From assembly GCA_963719495.1 (NCBI GenBank), contig CAVRCI010000002.1:576001-640000 (forward strand): DNA of 64,000 nt, in the 5' to 3' direction. A program made the translations under genes and the position numbers. This DNA comes from an uncultured Verrucomicrobiae bacterium. GTDB lineage: Bacteria > Verrucomicrobiota > Verrucomicrobiia > Chthoniobacterales > JAATET01. Position 1 is the first letter of the stretch. Every line of letters starts with the position of its first letter. Below the pieces are notes generated by a model, which worked only from the letters and a program-made list of their open reading frames with translations, made no database searches and was not told the DNA's origin. Positions 59,301-64,000 of this stretch are shown piece by piece.

Positions 59301-61832
59301 TTGACAAAAAAGATCACATTGGGCGGAGATTGGTCGCTGCGGGACGCCACGGGAGGAGACGCAATTGCGGCTCGGGTCCCGGGCTGCGTTCACGTGGATT
59401 TGCTGGCGGCGGGGCGGATTCCAGATCCGTGGGTTCGGGACAACGAGAAGCTGATCGATTGGATTTGGCGGCGGGACTGGGTTTTCGAACGGAGCTTCGT
59501 TCTGGAGGCGTCGTTTCTCGCGGAGCCTCGCGTCCGCCTGCGCTGCGAGGGACTCGATACGTTGGCGACGATCGAGGTGAACGGGGTGGCTGTCCTCGCG
59601 GCGGACAACATGCACCGGAGGTGGGAGGTCGAAGTGAGGGCGCGGCTTCGGTCGGGCGAGAACCAGATTCGCGTGACCTTTTCTTCGCCGGAAACGCTGA
59701 TGCGGGAGAAGGACGCCGAGCGGCGGCTTTCCGCTTGGAACATTTACTCGGAAGCGTTTCGCGGGCGAAATTACGTTCGCAAAATGGCGTGCGCTTTCGG
59801 GTGGGACTGGGGGTTGGTGGCTCCGACGGCGGGGATCTGGCGGGGGATCGGGTTGGAGGCATTCGGGGGGAGAATCGAGGATTTGCGAGTCTCGCAGGAG
59901 CACGGGGATGGCCGCGTTGCGCTTCGGGTATTTGGTGAGATCGCCGGTGGCGGGAATCGGGTGGGTATCACGGTGAGCAAGGACGGCGCGGTCGTCGCGG
60001 CGGCAACGCACGAGGCTGCGGGAGGGCTTTTCGACGGCGAGTTGACGATCTCGGATCCGCGACTTTGGTGGCCGAATGGGCTGGGTGACCAGCCGCTTTA
60101 CGAGGTGCGGGTCGAGCTGCGGAAGGACGATCGGGTGCTGCACGCCACGAGTCGGCGGGTGGGGCTGCGGACACTGGAGTTGGTGCGGGAGCGGGATGAA
60201 TTCGGGGAGAGCTTCCGGTTCCGGGTCAACGGGATGGATTTCTTCGCCAAGGGGGCGAACTGGATTCCATGCGACGTCTTTCCGTCGCGGGTGAGTGACG
60301 GAACTTACGGGCGGCTGCTGGATAGCGCGGCGGCGGCGCATTTTAACATGATCCGCGTCTGGGGTGGGGGGATCTACGAGGACGATCGGTTTTACGATCG
60401 GTGCGACGAGCTGGGTCTCCTGGTGTGGCAGGATTTCATGTTCGCGTGCGGGGCTTACCCGACGTCCGACGAGGCGTTCTGCGACAACATTCGGGCCGAG
60501 GCCGTGGACAACGTTCGGCGGCTGCGTCACCACCCGTGCCTGGCGCTGTGGTGCGGGAACAACGAGATGGAGCAGGCCTTCGTCGCGTGGGACGCGAGCG
60601 CAGCAGAGTCGGAAAAGATGTCGCTGGCGGATTACACGAAGGTGTTCGACGGGATGTTGGCGGACGTCGTGCGGGAGCATGACGGGGCGACGAGCTATTG
60701 GCCCGGGAGTCCGCACACGCCGGGGGAAAACCGCGCGGATCACAACGACGAGACGATCGGGGACGCGCACACTTGGTCGGTTTGGTTCGGCGGGGAGTCC
60801 TTCGAGGCGCAGCGGAAGTGGAACCACCGGTTTATCTCGGAGTTTGGATTTCAGAGCTTCCCGGAGCCGCGGACGGTCGAGGAATTCACCGATCCGGCGG
60901 ACCGCCAGTTAAACTCGTGGATCATGGATTTCCACCAACGGTCCGCGCCGGGAAACAACACGATTTTCCGCTACCTGCTGGATTGGTTCCTGCCGCCGAA
61001 GTCGTTCGAGGATTCGCTGTGGATGACGCAGATCGTGCAGGCGATGTGCGTTCAATATGCCGTCGAGCACGCGCGGCGGATTCAGGGTCGAATGGACGGT
61101 TTGCTTTTTTGGCAACTGAACGACCTCTGGCCGGGGGCAACCTGGTCGTCGATCGACGTGGCGGGTCGCTGGAAGGCGTTGCAGTTCTTTGCGAAGCGCT
61201 TTTTCGAACCGGTGCACGTGAGCCTGTTGGAATCGATGGAGGCGTCGACGATGGCGATCCACGTGTCGAATCACCGCCCGACGAGTTTCTCGGGGAGCGT
61301 CTCGTGGGAGCTAACGACGGGCGCGGGCGAAGTGCTCGCATCGGGTGCGCTGTCGGCCTGCGTGCCGAGTCAGTCGAACGTCGAGGTCGGCGTGCTGGAC
61401 TTCGCCCGTTTCCGGGACGGGTCCGCCGAGCTACCGCTTTCCTTGGACGGGGGCGGGTCGAGACCTCGCGAGGCGGATCGAAATTTATTGCTGTGGGCGT
61501 GGCTCGACGAAGCGGACGGGCGCGAGGTCTCGAACAATTGCGCGTATTTTGCGAAGCCGAAGTATCTGGATTTGCGGGTGCCCACAGTTTCGGTCGACGT
61601 GAGGTCGATCGGCGAGGACCGCTTCGAGTTGACTTTGCGGTCGGATTTCCCGGCTCCGTGGACGCAGCTCGAGCTGACCACCTCGAGTGGGGACTTCGAC
61701 GACAACTTCTTTCATCTCCACCCGCGGCGGGACGTGAAGCTGGTGCTCCGGGTGAAGGAGCCAACGAACGCTGAGCGCGTATCCGCTGATCTTCGGATCA
61801 AACCCCTCATGATGCGTTCCTTGCCGGACTAG
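59301..61832 (+). CDS. GH2 beta-mannosidase
   Basis: EGLDTLA, FGWDWG, KGANWIP, WQDFMF, WCGNNE, FISEFG, WQLND; TTG start after a GGGAGG RBS. Confidence 0.92.
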   Translation: MTKKITLGGDWSLRDATGGDAIAARVPGCVHVDLLAAGRIPDPWVRDNEKLIDWIWRRDWVFERSFVLEASFLAEPRVRLRCEGLDTLATIEVNGVAVLAADNMHRRWEVEVRARLRSGENQIRVTFSSPETLMREKDAERRLSAWNIYSEAFRGRNYVRKMACAFGWDWGLVAPTAGIWRGIGLEAFGGRIEDLRVSQEHGDGRVALRVFGEIAGGGNRVGITVSKDGAVVAAATHEAAGGLFDGELTISDPRLWWPNGLGDQPLYEVRVELRKDDRVLHATSRRVGLRTLELVRERDEFGESFRFRVNGMDFFAKGANWIPCDVFPSRVSDGTYGRLLDSAAAAHFNMIRVWGGGIYEDDRFYDRCDELGLLVWQDFMFACGAYPTSDEAFCDNIRAEAVDNVRRLRHHPCLALWCGNNEMEQAFVAWDASAAESEKMSLADYTKVFDGMLADVVREHDGATSYWPGSPHTPGENRADHNDETIGDAHTWSVWFGGESFEAQRKWNHRFISEFGFQSFPEPRTVEEFTDPADRQLNSWIMDFHQRSAPGNNTIFRYLLDWFLPPKSFEDSLWMTQIVQAMCVQYAVEHARRIQGRMDGLLFWQLNDLWPGATWSSIDVAGRWKALQFFAKRFFEPVHVSLLESMEASTMAIHVSNHRPTSFSGSVSWELTTGAGEVLASGALSACVPSQSNVEVGVLDFARFRDGSAELPLSLDGGGSRPREADRNLLLWAWLDEADGREVSNNCAYFAKPKYLDLRVPTVSVDVRSIGEDRFELTLRSDFPAPWTQLELTTSSGDFDDNFFHLHPRRDVKLVLRVKEPTNAERVSADLRIKPLMMRSLPD

Positions 61833-61850
61833 AAAATATCTGGATTCTCA

Positions 61851-61872
61851 CGCGAAGGCGCGAAGGCGCGAA
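61851..61872 (+). repeat. Short tandem repeat (CGCGAAGG)x2.75
   Basis: Seen directly downstream of the GH2 stop. Confidence 0.6.
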
Positions 61873-62018
61873 AGGGTCTCGAAGTCGACGTGGATGGGGG
61901 CGGGGCGCTCGCGGTGGCCTTCGGCCCATTCGAACTTAGCAAGCGTGGCGGGTGGAACGGTTCGTCGGGCGATTAGGGCATTTTAATAGCGACGAACGGC
62001 CTCCGCATAAGCCGACGA

Positions 62019-62089
62019 AAACGGGGGGAGGACGTCCCGTCCTCGCGTTTGGATCGAGAGGGCGGGACGCCCTCTCCCCCTTGGGTGAT
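62019..62089 (+). repeat. REP-like palindromic repeat, copy 1
   Basis: ~70 bp imperfect hairpin; shares the identical 21 bp core CGTCCTCGCGTTTGGATCGAG with 63371-63442. Confidence 0.75.
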
Positions 62090-62319
62090 CAAGTATTCGT
62101 CGGGCTCTGGGAGTGGATTGCGATCATGCTGACGGGGTTCTCGGTTTTCCGAAGCCGGTTGATCGTGGTGTGAAATGGGGGACGCTTGATCACGAATTAC
62201 TCCGAATGACGCTCCCGTTACGTGTATCGGTCCTTGCCCCGTGCGCATTCGGGAGTCTTCCAACAAGTTTGGTTCGAACTCAACTCATTCGAAGTCACGA
62301 AGTTAATCCCCACCCTCCT

Positions 62320-63198
62320 ATGAAAATAAGCAAATCCCTCCTCCGTTTCCTCCTCATCCCAGCGCTCCCGTTAGCTATGGTCTCCGCTGAAGCGGCGACG
62401 CAAGGATACTGGCGTTTCGAAGACTCACCTGGCTTCTTGCTCGATTCCTCGGTTAATGGACTGACGCTTTCAACAGCCGGGACGGCTCCAGTGCAGACGG
62501 CCATCCCGCTCACTGGGAACGGAAGCGCCTTTCCAACGGTTATTCCGCAAACTGGATCAGCTAACGCGAAATTTGCGGACAACGGCGGAGCCAACGGGCA
62601 CTTCTTTGTTGCCGACCCATTTACCGTCACTAATTTCACGCTTGAAGCCGTGTTGAACCGCGAAGTCCAATCGACCTCGACGCAGTACATTCTCTCACAG
62701 TGGACCGGATTGGGGAATCAGCGGAGTTACGCTTTTGGCGTGTCGGGATCGAATGGCGTTGGGGGCGGTCCGGCTAATGAACTCTTCCTGCTCCTAAGTC
62801 AGGCGGGTTCCACGACCAGTGTTTTCGGTTCTGGACTGATTCTTGGGCTGAATACTGACTACTACGCGGGTGTGAGTTTTGACCTTGGCAATACTGCCTC
62901 CGGCATCAAATTTTACTCACAAAATCTGACTTCAGGCGGAGCTTTGCAGACGGCGTCTGTTGGCCACTCGCTGACGGCTCTCAACGACTCGACCACTCTC
63001 CTGCGGATTGGAGGTTTTGATGCGAATGACACCAATCGTTTCAACGGTCTGCTAGACGAGGTGCGAATTTCCGATTCCGTACTGGGAACATCCGATCTGC
63101 TCGTGACGGCTGTCCCGGAGCCTAACACGACCTTCGCCGTTCTCCTCGGTGGGGTCGTCATGCTGCTGGTCTACCGCCGCCGGAGCCGCCAGGCCTGA
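62320..63198 (+). CDS. LamG-domain PEP-CTERM protein
   Basis: Signal peptide, GYWRFE, FTLEA, FNGLLDEVRISDSVL, VPEPNTTFAVLLGGVVMLLVYRRRSR. Confidence 0.92.
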   Translation: MKISKSLLRFLLIPALPLAMVSAEAATQGYWRFEDSPGFLLDSSVNGLTLSTAGTAPVQTAIPLTGNGSAFPTVIPQTGSANAKFADNGGANGHFFVADPFTVTNFTLEAVLNREVQSTSTQYILSQWTGLGNQRSYAFGVSGSNGVGGGPANELFLLLSQAGSTTSVFGSGLILGLNTDYYAGVSFDLGNTASGIKFYSQNLTSGGALQTASVGHSLTALNDSTTLLRIGGFDANDTNRFNGLLDEVRISDSVLGTSDLLVTAVPEPNTTFAVLLGGVVMLLVYRRRSRQA

Positions 63199-63230
63199 TC
63201 TGAGAGCTTAGAGATACCTTTTTAGGGGTG

Positions 63231-63268
63231 AGCGGCTCGTCGATTTTCCGGCGGGCCGCTTTTCCTTT
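63231..63268 (+). terminator. Probable Rho-independent terminator
   Basis: Stem AGCGGCTCGTCG/CGGCGGGCCGCT (with G-U pairs) followed by TTTCCTTT. Confidence 0.55.
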
Positions 63269-63370
63269 GGGGGGACTGGCTTCGAACGTTCGAAGTTGCG
63301 GGCTGCGACGGGTTTCTCCGAATGCTGAAGCGTTGGCAAAGCGACGGGCGGCCTCCACGGGAGCCGATGG

Positions 63371-63442
63371 AAACGGAGTGAGGACGTCTCGTCCTCGCGT
63401 TTGGATCGAGGGGGCAGGAGGCCCACTCCCCGCTTGGCTGAT
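63371..63442 (+). repeat. REP-like palindromic repeat, copy 2
   Basis: Direct imperfect copy of 62019-62089. Confidence 0.75.
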
Positions 63443-63469
63443 ATCGTCGGCCATTAATTTGAAACTTCC

Positions 63470-63913
63470 CTAAAGAATCACGTAGATGCCGTCGGGATCG
63501 TCTTCGACGGAGAACGACTCGAGATCTTCGGAGGCGGGCGGTTCGAAGTCGGTCGACGCGAGGGGGAGGGACTTCAGCTTCGACCGCTCGTCGACGAGGT
63601 GTTGCCCGGTCAGGAGATCGAATTCCCAGCCGTGCCACGGGCAGCGGAGGACGCGCTTCTCCTCGGAGTAATCGTATTCGTAGACGGCGGATGGCAGGGT
63701 CGTGCTGGAGACTGGGCCGCGACAGACGGGGGCTCCGGCGTGCGGGCAGACGTAGCGGTAGGCGCGGAACCCATTTCCGCCGCGGAAGATCCCGAGTTCG
63801 ATGGCGCGGTTGCCGAGTTGGACGGTGACGACTTTTCCCGCGTCGAGCGGGATTTCGGACCGGCTGGCGACGCGGTTGCGGTTTTTTCCTTTCGACTTCG
63901 CGTCGGCGCTCAT
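63470..63913 (-). CDS. Rieske [2Fe-2S] ferredoxin
   Basis: CPHAGAP and CPWHGWEFDL motifs. Confidence 0.9.
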   Translation of the reverse strand: MSADAKSKGKNRNRVASRSEIPLDAGKVVTVQLGNRAIELGIFRGGNGFRAYRYVCPHAGAPVCRGPVSSTTLPSAVYEYDYSEEKRVLRCPWHGWEFDLLTGQHLVDERSKLKSLPLASTDFEPPASEDLESFSVEDDPDGIYVIL

Positions 63914-64000
63914 CGCGCCCAATCCGGTGCCGTGGGGAGACCGTAAAGCTCGGCGGCGGTCTGGCCCATGACCCGGGATTTCAATTCCGGCGACATCCGG
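63910..64000 (-). CDS. C-terminus of a probable amidohydrolase-family protein (partial)
   Basis: ..PELKSRVMGQTAAELYGL..WAR* with ATGA overlap onto the Rieske gene. Confidence 0.5.
   Translation of the reverse strand, partial: RMSPELKSRVMGQTAAELYGLPTAPDWAR

Noticed and set aside
63195..63220. Partial operator-like sequence (AGAGATACCTT) after the last PEP-CTERM gene
   Set aside because: Only a half match and located between convergent gene ends, so not counted as a site
1..64000. rRNA, tRNA, CRISPR arrays, defence systems, exosortase, SusC/SusD
   Set aside because: None recognised; small structured RNAs cannot be excluded without a covariance-model search

Overview
A GC-rich bacterial window, most likely Verrucomicrobiota (inferred from PEP-CTERM proteins and a four-gene Verru_Chthon-type pseudopilin cassette). 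It is almost entirely a polysaccharide-utilisation island with no SusC/SusD pair. It encodes GH38, GH39-like, GH28-like, GH31, GH65, GH13 and GH2 hydrolases, an alginate-lyase-family protein, a sulfatase, three SGNH/SASA esterases, a sugar ABC importer and three paralogous clan-GH-A enzymes I cannot assign to a family. The core is a ~20 kb co-oriented minus-strand cluster (32531->12772): a membrane-anchored PA14-like protein in the position of TonB, two TPR-type proteins, ExbB, two ExbD, a GntR/LacI-type regulator, four pseudopilins, a LolA-like protein, a giant secreted hydrolase and two esterases. A previously unannotated direct-repeat motif (ATC-N6-ATC, best copies AAGGTATC-N5-TATCAG) recurs next to about eight gene starts and suggests one regulon. 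The island is decaying. An IS4 and an IS1634 element, both with intact inverted repeats and target duplications, split two hydrolase genes, and there are remnants of uxaC, a LacI gene, GH116, a second alginate lyase, a PEP-CTERM gene and an IS accessory gene. No rRNA, tRNA or CRISPR array was recognised. All family calls come from motif recognition by eye, not from database searches.
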